From Octopus sinensis (Eukaryota), in the NCBI RefSeq assembly GCF_006345805.1, contig NW_021834000.1, positions 1 through 55,413 of the forward strand: DNA of 55,413 bases, read 5' to 3'. The translations under genes and the position numbers were made by a program. Of this stretch, positions 1 to 13,619 are shown in pieces; the stretch's first letter is position 1, and each line of letters starts with the position of its first letter. A model generated the notes under the pieces. The model saw nothing but the letters and a program-made list of their open reading frames with translations. It had not been told where the DNA came from and made no database searches.

Positions 1-299
1 AAACGAACAAGACAAGAATCACCACCACCACCACCACAACAACAACAACAACAACGACAAAAAACAACAGCAGCAATAACAAAAACAGCAGTAACAACCG
101 GAACCACAAAACGAATGCAAAGTCAAAGAAATTAAATTTTTTTAAAACAAATGTCCGTCCGTTTCGAGTAAATATCAGCTGATGTATCGCTAGCCCCCCC
201 CCCCCACCATTGCCACCACCATAAACACTTTCCGCCACCACCGCATACACTACCGCGACAACCACACCACCACCACCACCACCACCACCACCACTCCCG

Positions 300-455
300 C
301 CGACGCAACGCGGAATCGTTGGCACGTTGAGCAAAATGCTTTGGTGCCATTTCGTATGTCTTGCAACGTCCTCAATTCAAAAATCCGCCGAGGTCGACTT
401 TGCGTTGAATTCTTTCGGGGTCCATAAAATGAGTACGAGTTGATTACCTACTGGT
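300..455 (+). mobile_element. Diverged tRNA-derived SINE, family B
   Basis: Matches other copies in the window (ttcaaa..ccgccgaggtcgacttt...tttcggggtc.ataaaat.agtac). Confidence 0.65.
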
Positions 456-647
456 TCTGTGCCAGAATAGGGAAACACTTATTATTGTTGTTTTTTTTAT
501 CATTGGTGTGGTTTGTTACTTCTTGCTTCGTTTTCTGTTGTATGTCCATCAGTCTATCATCACCACCGTCATCATCATCATCATCATCATCATCGTTGTT
601 ATCAGTCATCATCATCATCGTCGTTGTCATCATCATCATCATCGTTG

Positions 648-681
<34 letters not shown>

Positions 682-816
682 TAGCAGCAGCAGCATCACT
701 ACCACGATGCCGTAATGAATGACAAACAGCTGTGTCAGAAATTGTTAGCACTCTAAGTTGAGCGTTGTGTATGTATGCCTATGTGTGTATATGTGAGTGT
801 GTGCATGTGTGTGTGT

Positions 817-849
<33 letters not shown>

Positions 850-1134
850 TACACCTGTGCACGTGTGTCCGAATTTACATGTTTGTGCGTGTACGTACGC
901 ATACGTACGAATGTATTTATGTATATATGTATATATGTGTTCATGAGAGTATGTGTAAGAAACTATCTGTACGTGTGTACAGATACTCTCTTACTCATGA
1001 GGGTATCTATACGTGTGTACGAATGTGTATATACGTGTGTGTGTGTGTGTGTGTGTGAGCTTGTACGCATGTGTACATATTAGAAGTGAGAAAGGGAGAG
1101 AGAGAGAGAGATAGAGAGAGAGAGAGAAAGAGAG

Positions 1135-1285
1135 ATGACCTCGTGCTCAAATCCCTCCGCGATCATCTCTGCTTTCCATCAATTCGAGGTATACAAAATA
1201 AGTACCACCAGAGTACTAAGGTGGATGTAATCGACTATGCCCCTTCTGCTAAAGTTACTGTTCTTGAGCCCAAAATTTGAAACTG
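1135..1285 (+). mobile_element. Diverged SINE family B, 3' part
   Basis: aaaataagtacc...gatgtaatcgact...aaaatttgaaac, shared with the 5694 and 23915 copies. Confidence 0.6.
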
Positions 1286-1751
1286 TTACATATATACACA
1301 CACGCAGACATACATGCACACCCATACACGCATTCACAAATATCTACACTCAAGTAAACATACGTAGTTACATAGATACATACATACATACATCTGTAAA
1401 TATTAAAATTCCATAACGAGTATTAGGTGTCTGAAGAACTAGTAAGAAGAAAGCAACGTTATATATACATCTATCCATCATCCATCTATTTTTCTCTCTC
1501 CCTCCCCCTCTCCCTCTGTCTCTGTCTCTCTCTCTATATATATATGTGTGTGTGTATTCACACACAAACACTTGTGGGTGTGTGAAAGAGAGGGAGATAG
1601 AAGGAGGAGGAAGAGAAAGCGGACTGTTAGAAAGACTCCTTGCAACGAAATCGTTAGAATAAAACTACATAATATATAATATCTAGGGAGTGAGTAATGT
1701 ATGTACATAAATATATAAATATATATATACATAGATACATATATAGATACG

Positions 1752-1787
<36 letters not shown>

Positions 1788-2640
1788 TGTATGTATGTAT
1801 GTATGTATATATACACACACATATATGTATATATATATATATGAATATATGTATATATAAGTGTGTTGTGTGTATGTATATTATATGTACATATATATGT
1901 ATATATATATGTATATATATTTTATATATATATATATATATATAGTATATAATACATATATACAATAAATATATACATTTATATATACATATATATATAT
2001 GCACCCAAAAACAATAGATATACACACATGCACACACGAGTGTGTGTGTGTGTATGAGAAGGGGAGAGAATGGAGGTAGAGAAAAAGAAAGAGATCAGTT
2101 ATAAAACAGGCATCGCTACCAAATGCTTACACGTAATAAAACGACATAATATATATCTAGGGAGTGAGTGGCATATATATATATATTTGTTTTCAATCTA
2201 ATTAGTTTAACTATACACACTATCTAACCTTATTGACCCCACTCCAGCTGCGATCTTTCAATTGATTTAATTTACATACGCATTACGCAAACACACGCAT
2301 AAACACATCATACATACATACACACATACACACACATACGCCGGTGTCACATATATTTCGTTTGAAATGTGATCGTACTTAGTTATTTTACCTCTATCTG
2401 TCGCCATATTGAAACATGGAACCTAAGTGACACAGTTCCTCATATCCCAACTTAATGTTAACTTGTTATGCATTTCTAGAGTCCTCTGTGGTCATGTGTT
2501 CAAGTCATCACGTCATCACGTGAACATGTGCCTGGGATTAAGTGAAGTAAGAACGAGATGCATTTAACATTGATATACCTAATCTCTGTGTGAGTGCCTA
2601 TATGTATACACACACACACAGACACACTCACACACACACA

Positions 2641-2780
2641 TGGCTGTATGGTAAGAAGCTTGCTTCCCAACTATATGGTGAAGTCCCACTTCGTGGCACC
2701 TTAGACAAGTGTCTTCTACTATTGCCTCGCGCAGACTAAAGCCTTGTAAGTGATAGACGGAAGCTGAAAGCAGGCCGTCA
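2641..2780 (+). mobile_element. SINE family A (CORE-like octopus SINE), 5' half
   Basis: tggctgtatggtaagaagcttgcttccca...caccttagacaagtgtcttctactat aligns to the full-length copies. Confidence 0.8.
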
Positions 2781-2791
2781 TGTGTTGTGTG

Positions 2792-2856
<65 letters not shown>

Positions 2857-2959
2857 AATAGTGTAATAAATAAAGCTATGATACACATACATATATGTAC
2901 GTACCTACATCTACATGTATATATACATGCATATAAATATATATACGTGAGTACAGGAC

Positions 2960-3266
2960 ACCACAAACAGACGTAGAACTCAACGAGAAACGAAAACGTA
3001 AAAACAAACATGGAAACGGACCTTTTTTTAACAACTAAAAAACAGAGTACACGACAAACAACACAAGAAAAATTCCCCTTCATCAGCTGTCCCTAGTACG
3101 ACTCCATCAGCCGAAATTGGGAGGATGATCCGGTCCTTGACTGAGGATAAAAGGCTTCGAATGACCCGTCCTTGTTTTTTTGTATCGTCTATCTGGATGT
3201 TTTGTTGTCCCTTTTTGTATCACCTAGTTGTCCGGATGTTTTGCGTTCTTGTCCCATTTTGTATCT

Positions 3267-3270
<4 letters not shown>
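2960..3270. repeat. Unclassified repeat, possibly a Penelope-like pLTR remnant, inside the split SINE A
   Basis: Lies between TA tracts; minus strand has CTGATGA but no downstream GAAA. Confidence 0.3.
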
Positions 3271-3306
<36 letters not shown>

Positions 3307-3541
3307 CACAACGACCTCGAACCCACAAGAGTAAACAAAAGAGACAGAGACAGGCAGAAAAAAGTAAAATGCCCCTTGTATTTGAATACTATGCAAATTT
3401 TCTTTTAAAAAACTTTTCTTTTAATTTTTCCAAAATTTCATTGTTTTCCATAATTACAGTTGAAAAAGTCTCAATGAATGAACTGGTACTGAAATGTTTC
3501 TTTATAAAATATTTTAGTATTTTCTACCTTGACTTTTTTTC

Positions 3542-3591
<50 letters not shown>

Positions 3592-3604
3592 ATACACACA
3601 CACA

Positions 3605-3842
3605 TATGCACATATGTGTGTGTATCCTTGTGCCTATTTGTCCCCCCTCCCCCCATCACACTTGACAACCGATGCTGGTGTGTTTACGTTCCCGTAAATT
3701 AGCGGTTCGGCAAAAGAAACCTGTGGAATAAGTACTGGGCTTTAAAATTAAGTTCTGGTGTCGATTTGTTCGACTAAGACACTTCAAGGCAGCGCTCCAG
3801 CATGGCCACTCTAATGACTGAAACAAATAAAAGAATCTAAGA
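3605..3842 (+). mobile_element. SINE family A, 3' half
   Basis: cttgacaaccgatgctggtgtgtttacg...gctccagcatggcc...gactgaaacaaataaaaga. Confidence 0.85.
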
Positions 3843-4119
3843 ATATATAATGTATAGAGAATGGGGGAGAGAGAGACGGGTAGATATAAGTAAATGCTTA
3901 GCGGTATTTCGTCTGGTCTGCCGTAATGTTCTGAGTTCAAATTCCGCGGAGGAATCGACATAAGGTTAACTAATAAATCGCGATATGTGAACCGCGATAT
4001 GGCGAGAGATTACCGTATATCTTTATAATTAAATATTTTTAAGAATTGTATAAAAATTGTTCAAGACATTTTGTGTATTGTAGAAGTATAACCAGTTTAT
4101 CGGAACATGAATTTTAACA

Positions 4120-4172
4120 ACATCTTATATGGATCCCTTGAGTCATATGGACCCCGTTTGAAAACCACAGCT
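4120..4172 (-). mobile_element. hAT MITE terminal fragment
   Basis: catatggaccccgtttgaaaaccacag resembles the reverse complement of the left end of the 45439 MITE. Confidence 0.5.
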
Positions 4173-4319
4173 CTACGTGGTCGATGGGCATGCTTGAAAT
4201 AGCAGCCGAATATGTATCGATTTACGACGATGTTTCATATTCGAAGTTCCATACCACCTAGAGACAAAAATTTTACGTGGACCGTCAAAGGTTATATCGA
4301 CCCTAGCTGAGAACCAGCG

Positions 4320-4528
4320 CTCTAGGAGAAGGGTAACTCGTACACAATACCCGATGCTCTACTGAACCGGATATCTTGCGCTTTGCTTGTCTCTGGGTTC
4401 TTTGGTATAGCTAGTGAGAGTCGCTGTGGTGTTGTGCAAGCGGCACTCAGCTTACAACCCTCGCGCGAGCATTTCTGACAATACCTTTCAACGATGGGCA
4501 TGGTCGTCTAACGAGTAGACACTCACCC
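4320..4528. repeat. Unclassified ~200-bp element, copy 1, abutting (TGTA)n
   Basis: Homologous to 4741-4936 (ctaggagaa...aactcgta...gtctaacgagtagacac). Confidence 0.75.
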
Positions 4529-4740
4529 TGTATGTATGTATGTATGCATGTAAGTATGCATGTAAGTATGTATGTATGTATGTATGTATGTATGTATGTT
4601 GTATGTATGTATGTATGTATGCATGTATGTATACATGCATGAACGCATTCGTCGGGACGTAGAAATATTCAGGTTGGCATCCGAGGGTGCAGTACGCCCA
4701 ATGGGAACGAAAGACCCCTGGTTTTTTGTCAAGGCGTCCT

Positions 4741-4936
4741 CCTAGGAGAAAGCTAACTCGTATACAAAACCAGCTGCTCTACTAAGCCGGATCTCTCGCA
4801 CTTTGCTTATCTCCGGTTTTTCTAGTGACATTTGATGTGGTACTGAAGAAGCCACACTCGACTCAAAACTCTTGCGCGGGCATTGCTGAGACTACCTGTC
4901 AACGATGGACATGCTCGTCTAACGAGTAGACACCCA
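4741..4936. repeat. Unclassified ~200-bp element, copy 2, abutting (ATGT)n
   Basis: Homologous to 4320-4528. Confidence 0.75.
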
Positions 4937-4945
4937 TCATGTATG

Positions 4946-4976
<31 letters not shown>

Positions 4977-5084
4977 GTAAGTAAGTATGAATGTATGTAT
5001 GTACGTACGTACGTACGTGTATATGTATTTCTATAGCTTTCATATACGTATTTATGTATACGCGTTTGCGAGTGACTGCGCGTA

Positions 5085-5129
<45 letters not shown>

Positions 5130-5530
5130 AAGCGTAAGTCCATGTGGGAGACTGGGCAAGATGATGATGGGCAGAGGGTTGCAATCTACAGATGTTATCA
5201 TATTCTCCTGGCGTCAACCTCACATTCATAGCAATGTGTTTGCTGTTCGTTTAACCCTTACACACTCAATTATGAATTCCTATGATTGGTGAAGGAGACA
5301 CCACAAGAGATGTTCTTCTCCCTTGACAGCTTTTTAAGTGGTTCAAGTATTTTCTTTTCTTTTCTTCTCTTCTCTTTTTTTTTTTTGAGGATACGTTTCT
5401 AAGGGAAATATTTTAACGATCCACCATCATAACCACCAACTGTAACTTTCTGTCTGTCTGTCTGACTGCCTATCTGTCTGTTTGTCCATCCATCCATCCA
5501 TCCATCCATCCATCCATCTCCACATCTATC

Positions 5531-5615
<85 letters not shown>

Positions 5616-5693
5616 CTCGTTTATATATCTTACCTATCCGTCTATTAATCACTCTGCCTACCTGTTTGTTTTTAGTATTCATTTTCGCGAAGG

Positions 5694-6040
5694 AAGGCGA
5701 CTTGCTGGCAGAAACGTTAGTACGCCGGGCGAAATTTCGTCTGTCTTTACGTTCTGAGCTCAAATTCCACTGAGGTCGACTTTACCTTTCATCCTTTCGG
5801 TGTCGATAAATTATGTACCAGTTGCGTACTGGGGTCGATGTAACCGACTATCCCCCTCCCCCAAATTTCAGGCATTGTGCCTATGGTAGAAAGGATTATT
5901 ATTATATGCAAGGCGGCGAGCTGCCAGAATCGTTTGCACGCCAGGTGAAATGCTTGGCGGGATTATGTTATGAGTTGAAATTTCGCTGGGGTCGACTCTG
6001 CCTTTCATTCTTTCAGGGTCGATGAAGTAAGTAGCAGTGA
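5694..6040 (+). mobile_element. Two head-to-tail SINE family B copies
   Basis: ggcga(g)ctggcagaa.cgtt heads near 5695 and 5912, separated by a ttattattat tail; tRNA B-box-like gttctgagttcaaattcc. Confidence 0.8.
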
Positions 6041-6137
6041 AACTTAGCCCTTTTCCTCATATCTACTGTCTTTGGGCCAACATTTGAGAACTTTGTTATT
6101 ATTATATGTGAAATGAATAGAGGGAGTAAAAAAGTAA

Positions 6138-6451
6138 AGACCTCCTTCGGTCATGAATGACCAAAGGATTGCAACAGCAGAGTCACCCTCCAGGCAAAGT
6201 TGTTTATGGAAGACCAGCTGTCGCCCATGCATACCAATTTCCCCTCTCCGCACCACCGATGTTATCCTAAGAAAAGGCAAAAGTGGAAACGGCTTGGCAC
6301 CAGTTATGTAGCAATTAATTTCTACTGCTGAGTGAACTGGAGAAATGCGGAATAAAGTGTCCTGTTCAAGAACACAACACACAACCCGAACTGGGAATCG
6401 AACTCACTACTTCATGGTTGTGAGCCCGACGCTCTAACCACTGAGCCATAC
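6138..6451 (-). mobile_element. tRNA-derived SINE family C
   Basis: Reverse complement of the 36326-36656 copy; tRNA head ggctcagtggttagagcgtcggg. Confidence 0.85.
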
Positions 6452-7750
6452 ACATGTTTTATATAACTACATGTAACAACGACAGCGGGAGTAAGCCTTG
6501 ATTTTTATTTGTCCCAAGCCAATTGTTGATGGTGCAGAAAATAACCAAAGGCAGAAAAAAAAATCAAAGACGTTTCAGCCATGGCCATCCAGTCATTTCC
6601 AAGACGCACGCATTCTTCTTTGAGATAGTAGGTACTTCTTTAAGATAGTAGATAAAAGAGGAATTTGACAGCTGTTTCTAGCAAGCTGAACGACCATGTA
6701 GGTGCTTCCCGGGGGTCGGGTGGGTGTATATTTTTGTTAGGGAAGAGGGCGACATGTGTCTGTTGAGAAATAACAATCTGTATGGCGGCAGCGAAGAGAA
6801 TTAAGTTAAGGGAGTTCAAATGTATCAATTTCAGACAGATATACTGAATGTATCTCTGGATCATACAAACACACGCATACACGTATACTCACTCACATAC
6901 AACGCACGTACACACGTACATACACGCGCACACCCATATACATATATATATATACACGCGCGCGCGTTTGTGTGTTCATGTGGGTGGATGGGTGTGCCTC
7001 GAGTATTCGAGTGTTGGCATGTATGGACATGTGGAGCTGTCTGTGTTTGAATGTAGTGTGTATAAATATATATATACGTATATTTATATAAATACACATA
7101 GATTCCTTTATATATATATATATATATGTATAATATAATATAAATAATATATAAATATATGCATATATACATACATATATGTACATGCCTACATATATAT
7201 TTATATATACACGCATATATATATATACACACCACACATATATATATATACATATATATATATGTATATATGCATTTATGTATATACGTACATACTTACA
7301 TTCATTTGTTATAAATATATATATACGATAATATGCATATATATATATATATATATATACATATTATATATGCATATTAACATATATATCTATATTTGTA
7401 TGTTTATATGTGTATGAATGCATGTATTTTCTGTATACATGTATGACTATATACATAGATGCGCATACATATATACATGCTTACCCATATATAGTAGACA
7501 GACACGCATGAAACTAAAAAGTACAATCTTAGTTCAGATAAACAAGTTTACTGAGAATGCGCAACGACTCAACAGGTAGTCACAGCTACGACCATATGTT
7601 TACACATACACACATGTGTTTATATATGGATGTACATGTACGTACCGGATGAACCAACGGCCCGACGTGAGGTACATATGGAAACTATGTTGACCCTATG
7701 GAGAACCTTTGTTCTCAGCCGCATGACTACTGTTCCCAATTATGGTCAAC

Positions 7751-7786
<36 letters not shown>

Positions 7787-7787
<1 letters not shown>

Positions 7788-8185
7788 GCGTAGGTGTGGC
7801 TGTGTGGTAAGTAGCTTGCTTACCAACCACATGGTTCAAGGTTCAGTTCCACTACGTGGGACCATGGCCAAACTACGTGGGACCATGGCCAACTACGTGG
7901 GACCATGGCCAATCTTGTGAGTGGATTTGGTAGATGGAAACTGAAAGAAGCTCGTCGTATATATGTGTATGTATGTATGTATGTGTGTGTGTCTGTGTTT
8001 GTCCCCCCACCATCGCTTGACAACTGATGGTGGCGTGTTTACGATCCCGTAACGTAGCGGTTTGGCAAAAGTGACCAACAGAATAAGTAACAGGCTTACA
8101 AAGTCCTGGGGTCGATTTGTTCGACTAAAGGCGGTGCTCCAGCACGGCCGCAGTCAAATGACTGAAACAAATAAAAGAATAAAAG
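7787..8185 (+). mobile_element. SINE family A with an internal 20-21 bp triplication
   Basis: Full head to tail; actacgtgggaccatggcca(a) x3 at 7851-7912. Confidence 0.9.
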
Positions 8186-8266
8186 AAAGAATATATGTAT
8201 ATATATATACACGTGCATACATGATTATATAGGGGATGAGTGTTTATGTGTATTACACGCTGACAA

Positions 8267-8306
<40 letters not shown>

Positions 8307-9130
8307 CGCGTACACTCACACATATAGAATCACATATGAAGGGATGTCTATGTAGTTCAGAAGTTTGTCTCGCACCTATCCAATTCGTTTCTCTATGCGG
8401 CACCTTGGAAAAAAGTTTTGTCTTGTAATTTTGCCTCGAGTCGCTAAATCCCACACAAGCGGAATTTGGTAAACAGATGTTCTTTCATGTCAGTCGACAC
8501 CAGATTAAACCCAAATTGGATTAATGAGTAGATCTACAGAGTGTAGAATAAACAAAAGAAATTAAGCAATAGTTTTATCTTGACAGCTGTTTCGGGTACA
8601 ATGCCTGGTACTGATGCCGGAACCAGGTACATTTCATAAGAAAGAACCATAATGCTGTAGTTGAATGCCATAAGTTCTTAGAGATCAGTTCGGCAATATC
8701 AGGTTTTCCCCATATGAACACATACATACAACTGATTTCCACAACAGAATGTACCGTTTCCTCGTGGCCCCACACAGCAATATCTGGCCGGTTGTGTTTC
8801 AACTTAGTGGCTGTTTAAATTTTTAAGTTCCTTCAATATTCCTATGTACACATCGATGAAATTAAAAAAATTAAAGGGCACAGCATTTGGCAGTACTCGT
8901 AAAATACATTTAATTAAAATTAGATTATATAAAGATATAAAATCTCTTATTGCCGTTTCTAGAATAGCCAAGCATAGGCATCATGATATAGAGTTAAGAC
9001 ATGTATGTATGTATGTATGTATGTATGTATGTATGTATGTATGTATGTATGCATGCATGGACGGGCGGATGGATGAATGGATAGATGTACATATAATATG
9101 AACGAAAACAAAGCTTTCGAAACTAAACAA

Positions 9131-9533
9131 GGCGTAGGAGTGATTGTGTGGTAAGTAGCTTGCTTACGAACCACATGGTTCTGGGTTCAGTCTCACTGCG
9201 TGGCACCTTGGACAAGTGTCGTCTACTATAGCCTCGGGCCGACCAAAGCCTTGTGAGTGGATTTGGTAGACGGAAACTGAAAGAAGCCCGTCGTATATAT
9301 GTATATATATGTGTATGCGTGTGTATATGTTTGTGTGTCTGTGTTTGTCTGCCCAACATCACTTGACAACCGATGCTGATGTGTTTACGTCCTCCGTAAC
9401 TTAGCGGTTCGGCAAAACAGATCGATAGAATAAGTACTAGGCTTACAAAAAATAAGTCATGGGGTCGATTTGCTCGACTAAAGGCGGTGCTCCAGCATGG
9501 CCACTGTCAAATGACTGAAACAATTAAAAGAGT
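9131..9533 (+). mobile_element. SINE family A, full length
   Basis: ggcgtaggagt head, CORE-like caccttggacaagtgtc, central microsatellite, gactgaaacaa..aaaagagt tail. Confidence 0.92.
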
Positions 9534-9980
9534 TATATGTACTCTGAGATCTTATCCAACTACAAAGTCCAACTAAACGAAACTCCAGTTCGCAATTTCA
9601 TTCCGGATTTTCGGAATACGTATGGAGTTTTAACTACTGGCTATTTGTCTTGAAATTTAAATTTGAAACTCACGATGTAATCATATCCTTGCGGCGAGCC
9701 TGAACACGTCAGTTGGTCCTGCGGTGTACAACCCGTTAATCCCACGTTCCCCGTCTTTTAGCGCTTAGTTCCCCACGTTTTTTTCTTTAACTTTGTTTCC
9801 TCTGTGAAGTAGTTATATTTTTTTTTTATCTCGGTAATTTGATCTTTTATACTTTAAATGTTTTTTTAATGTTTTATTTCTTTTCTTCCTGTAAAAATAT
9901 GTTGTTAATAAAATGTGGTTTTTATATCGTAAGAAATAAAAAAAAATTACAAGCTTTCATTAAATTCTGAAAAATTTTAC

Positions 9981-10356
9981 AGTGGCTGTGTGGTAAGTAG
10001 CTTGCTAACCAACCACATGGTTCCGGGTTCAGTCCCACTGCGTGGCATCTTGGGCAAGTGTCTTCTGCTATAGCCCCGGGCCGACCAATGCCTTGTGAGT
10101 GGATTTGGTAGACGGAAGCTGAAAGAAGCCTGTCGTATATATGTGTGTGTGTGTTTGTGTGTCTGTGTTTGTCCCCCTAGCATTGCTTGACAACCGATGC
10201 TGGTGTGTTTACGTCCCCGTCACTTAGCAGTTCGGCAAAAGAGACCGATAGAATAAGTACTGGGCTTACAAAGAATAAGTCCCGGGGTCGATTTGCTCGA
10301 CTAAAGGTGGTGCTCCAGCATGGCCGCAGTCAAATGTCTGAAACAAGTAAAAGAGT
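9981..10356 (+). mobile_element. SINE family A, near full length
   Basis: Near-identical to the 18291 and 36685 copies. Confidence 0.92.
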
Positions 10357-10424
10357 ATGTAACTATGTTCTCTTCCTCACTCCTCATCCAATACAACCCC
10401 GAATCGTCTGCACTAACATAAGTC

Positions 10425-10574
10425 ACAGCCTCTAACAATATCAGAGACCTGGGCGTAATTGTTGATGACGATCTCAGTTGGAGTGCCCACATCAACAATA
10501 AGGTCGATATAGCTCGTAGGATGAGCTCCTGGATCTTAAGAACCTTCCGGTCAAGAGAACAAGATGTCCTCATA
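10425..10574 (+). mobile_element. CR1/L2-group LINE fragment, region downstream of the RT core
   Basis: Translates to TASNNIRDLGVIVDDDLSWSAHINNKVDIARRMSSWILRTFRSREQDVLI, the RDLGV..D..LSW..HI motif typical of CR1-group ORF2. Confidence 0.8.
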
Positions 10575-10892
10575 CACACACACACACACACAACACACAC
10601 ACACACACATAAATACGTATGTATCATACGCACACACACATATACATTTGTATATTATTGCATGTGCGTATGTATACATGTACCAAAATAATTCTCTCAA
10701 CCTATACCGTACGTATGCATGCATGCATGTATGTAGGCATATATATATGTGTGAGTGGGTTTGTGTCTGGTGTAGTGTGTGTATGTATGTGTGAATGTGT
10801 GTATGTATGCGTGTGTATGCGCGGATGTATATATGTATGCATACACATAAACGACGTACGCATACACGTCAACACGCGTACGACATACATTC

Positions 10893-10928
<36 letters not shown>

Positions 10929-11016
10929 TATATATTATATATATATATACATATATATAATATACATACATATATATATGTGTGTGTGTATATGCATAGA
11001 TATATATGTATGTGTG

Positions 11017-11047
<31 letters not shown>

Positions 11048-11076
11048 TCACATACACACACATGTACACACACACA

Positions 11077-11110
<34 letters not shown>

Positions 11111-11639
11111 TACACACACACATAAACACATATATGTGCAGGTTAAATAAGAGCGTGACGTGTTGTTTTGATAGCGGTTCTTGTATTGTTCTTTATTGGT
11201 TTGTTATTATTTGTTTATTTTCTTTTATTTGCGTTTGCCTCCTCAAAGAAAATACAGGTGGTTCGCTATACTTGGAGAGAGTTTAAACACACCTGTGATC
11301 ATTTAGTCTCATACACACGCTTACAAAAACACACGCACACATTTACACGTGCACACTCACACACACACGCACACAGAAATAATTGAACACACGTATACAT
11401 GATTAAACCGCTTGTACACACACATGCTGGTATAGACATACCGGATCCATTTATTCACTATATTCCGTTTGTTTGCTATCCAGCCTGAAATACACACACA
11501 CACACACACACACACACACCACACACACACGCACACGCGTGAATTCACACACTCATATATATTTATATGCATATGTGTGTGTGTGTGGTAGTATATCTAT
11601 ATATATATATATATATATATATATCACATATACATATTC

Positions 11640-11663
11640 TATGTATCTATCTATCTATCTATC

Positions 11664-11717
<54 letters not shown>

Positions 11718-11850
11718 CTCTCTCATCTCTAATCTATCTATCTATCTATCTATCTCTATCTATCTATCTATATCTATCTATCTATCTATCTACTATCTAT
11801 CTATCTATCTATCTATCTATCTCTATCTATCTATCTATCTATCTATCTAT
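11640..11850. repeat. (TATC)n microsatellite tract
   Basis: Direct observation. Confidence 0.95.
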
Positions 11851-11960
11851 ATACATATGTATATATATACACACACACACATATCTATATAGTATATCAA
11901 ACATATCTATATGTATATCTATATATACATAAATGTACATAAACACACATAGACACGACT

Positions 11961-11994
<34 letters not shown>

Positions 11995-12136
11995 CACATA
12001 TGCATAAACATAGGCATAGTATATGCATAAATCAAAAATCATCATGTTTTCCGCTGGAATGCTCTCACACATGCACACTCACACACAGACAGACAGACGC
12101 ACACACAGAGGTACACACGCACACACACATACACAA

Positions 12137-12173
<37 letters not shown>

Positions 12174-12569
12174 AAGAGGCGCACACTAATGTCAGCGTGC
12201 GTCATTAAGCCATTACTGTGAAACGGCACACCAAAATGTTCTCAAGTTCTCAAACAACTGTATTGTATTCAAAATGAAATGAGAAAGAAAAAAAAAAAAG
12301 ACAAGAAAAAATAGCTTGGTGACCAAATAAAATAAAGAAAACACTACACACCCCCCCCCCACACACACAACACAACAAATGAACAATAAGTCCCAGGACA
12401 GACTGGTGACAAACTTATCCATGAATTGAACCATAGAAAAACGTTTATCACTCTCTTAGAAAAGTAAATAATATCGACATTACATAGCACAAAAGTCATA
12501 AGAGAAACTCTCATTATACCAAAGGTGAAAGCAGTCTGAGAAGCATAAGCAAACAGGTGTGTGTATGTG

Positions 12570-12615
<46 letters not shown>

Positions 12616-12816
12616 ACACACACATATATATATAGCAGAAGGAGAAATAGAAAGTCCTTGGTACAGTATTATATATCATATATGAATACAAATGACTTTT
12701 CTGATAATTTTTCCAGTTTAATAATTAGGTGTTTAGAAGTTATTAATAATTTCTAAACATCTAATTATCAGAAAACCCATCTTTATTCATATTTTCATAT
12801 ATATATATATGTAGTA

Positions 12817-13216
12817 CGAGCAAAACGACCCCCACCGTCCGTCCAATGGATGGTTCTGAGTTGTCAAACATTTAAACCAAATTTTTTCAAAACAACTTGT
12901 CTGACCGTCCCATTTTGTGGCATTATTTCTAGCCAGCCGGCTTTTTTTTGCGCAAACTGCACGTGCATTTTTCTCGCGTACGTATAGAATCAATCGCAAC
13001 AGCTGATGTACTTGCGCGTACAAATGCACGTTCTCGCGGCTTTATCGATTGCATTCTCACCTGGAATCGATTTTTGTAATTTTTTTCAAGACTTATACAC
13101 GCTCTGATACCGTCGGTATCTATATATCAAATTTGAGCGCAATCGGATGGAGGATGCCCGAGATCCTAGAAGCCATACACACACACAGACAGACAGAACG
13201 GATTTTATATAAGAGA
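12817..13216 (-). mobile_element. Non-autonomous Helitron (Lep1-like architecture)
   Basis: Minus strand begins A|TC, has a (CTGT)n/(GT)n tract near the 5' end, an imperfect subterminal hairpin, and ends CTCG|T (variant of CTAG). Confidence 0.6.
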
Positions 13217-13619
13217 TATATAATCGATTCAAATAAACAATCGATTCAAAGCAATAATCAATTAAAAAAATAAATCGAATGCAAAAATTAACGAAAGACA
13301 AGAGGATATGTACAAGGACTGTATTAGCTGGACGCTCGGTGAAAAGTATTTGACGGTTCGAACACAGTTCTTCGTCAGAAAAGACAAAGGGAAAAATCCA
13401 AAGAAAGAAAAGAAGTTGCCAACAACACGTCTGTGATTACAAACACACACATACACACATATGTGTGTGTGTTTGTTTATATGTTATAGTAAAGATAATT
13501 TTACATTTACACTGAACGAGTACTCAATACTTACATTAGAGTACAACACTATTATTCTACAGCAAGAATATTATTGACAATGAGTTTGAAGTCCAGTTAT
13601 GACCTCGTTGACTGGAACT

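Noticed and set aside
6660-6715. GAAACAGCTGTC on the minus strand
   Set aside because: No valid CUGANGA core; resembles a repeat tail also seen near 4180 and 21590
8578-8645. Minus-strand hammerhead-like half (GAAAC-AGCT-GTC)
   Set aside because: Upstream core reads CTTATGA, and stems I and II pair poorly; at best a dead relic
9123-10183. Recurrent peptides such as RRASFSFRLPNPLTRLWSARGYSRRHLPK
   Set aside because: Antisense translation of SINE family A, repeated at every copy; not a gene family
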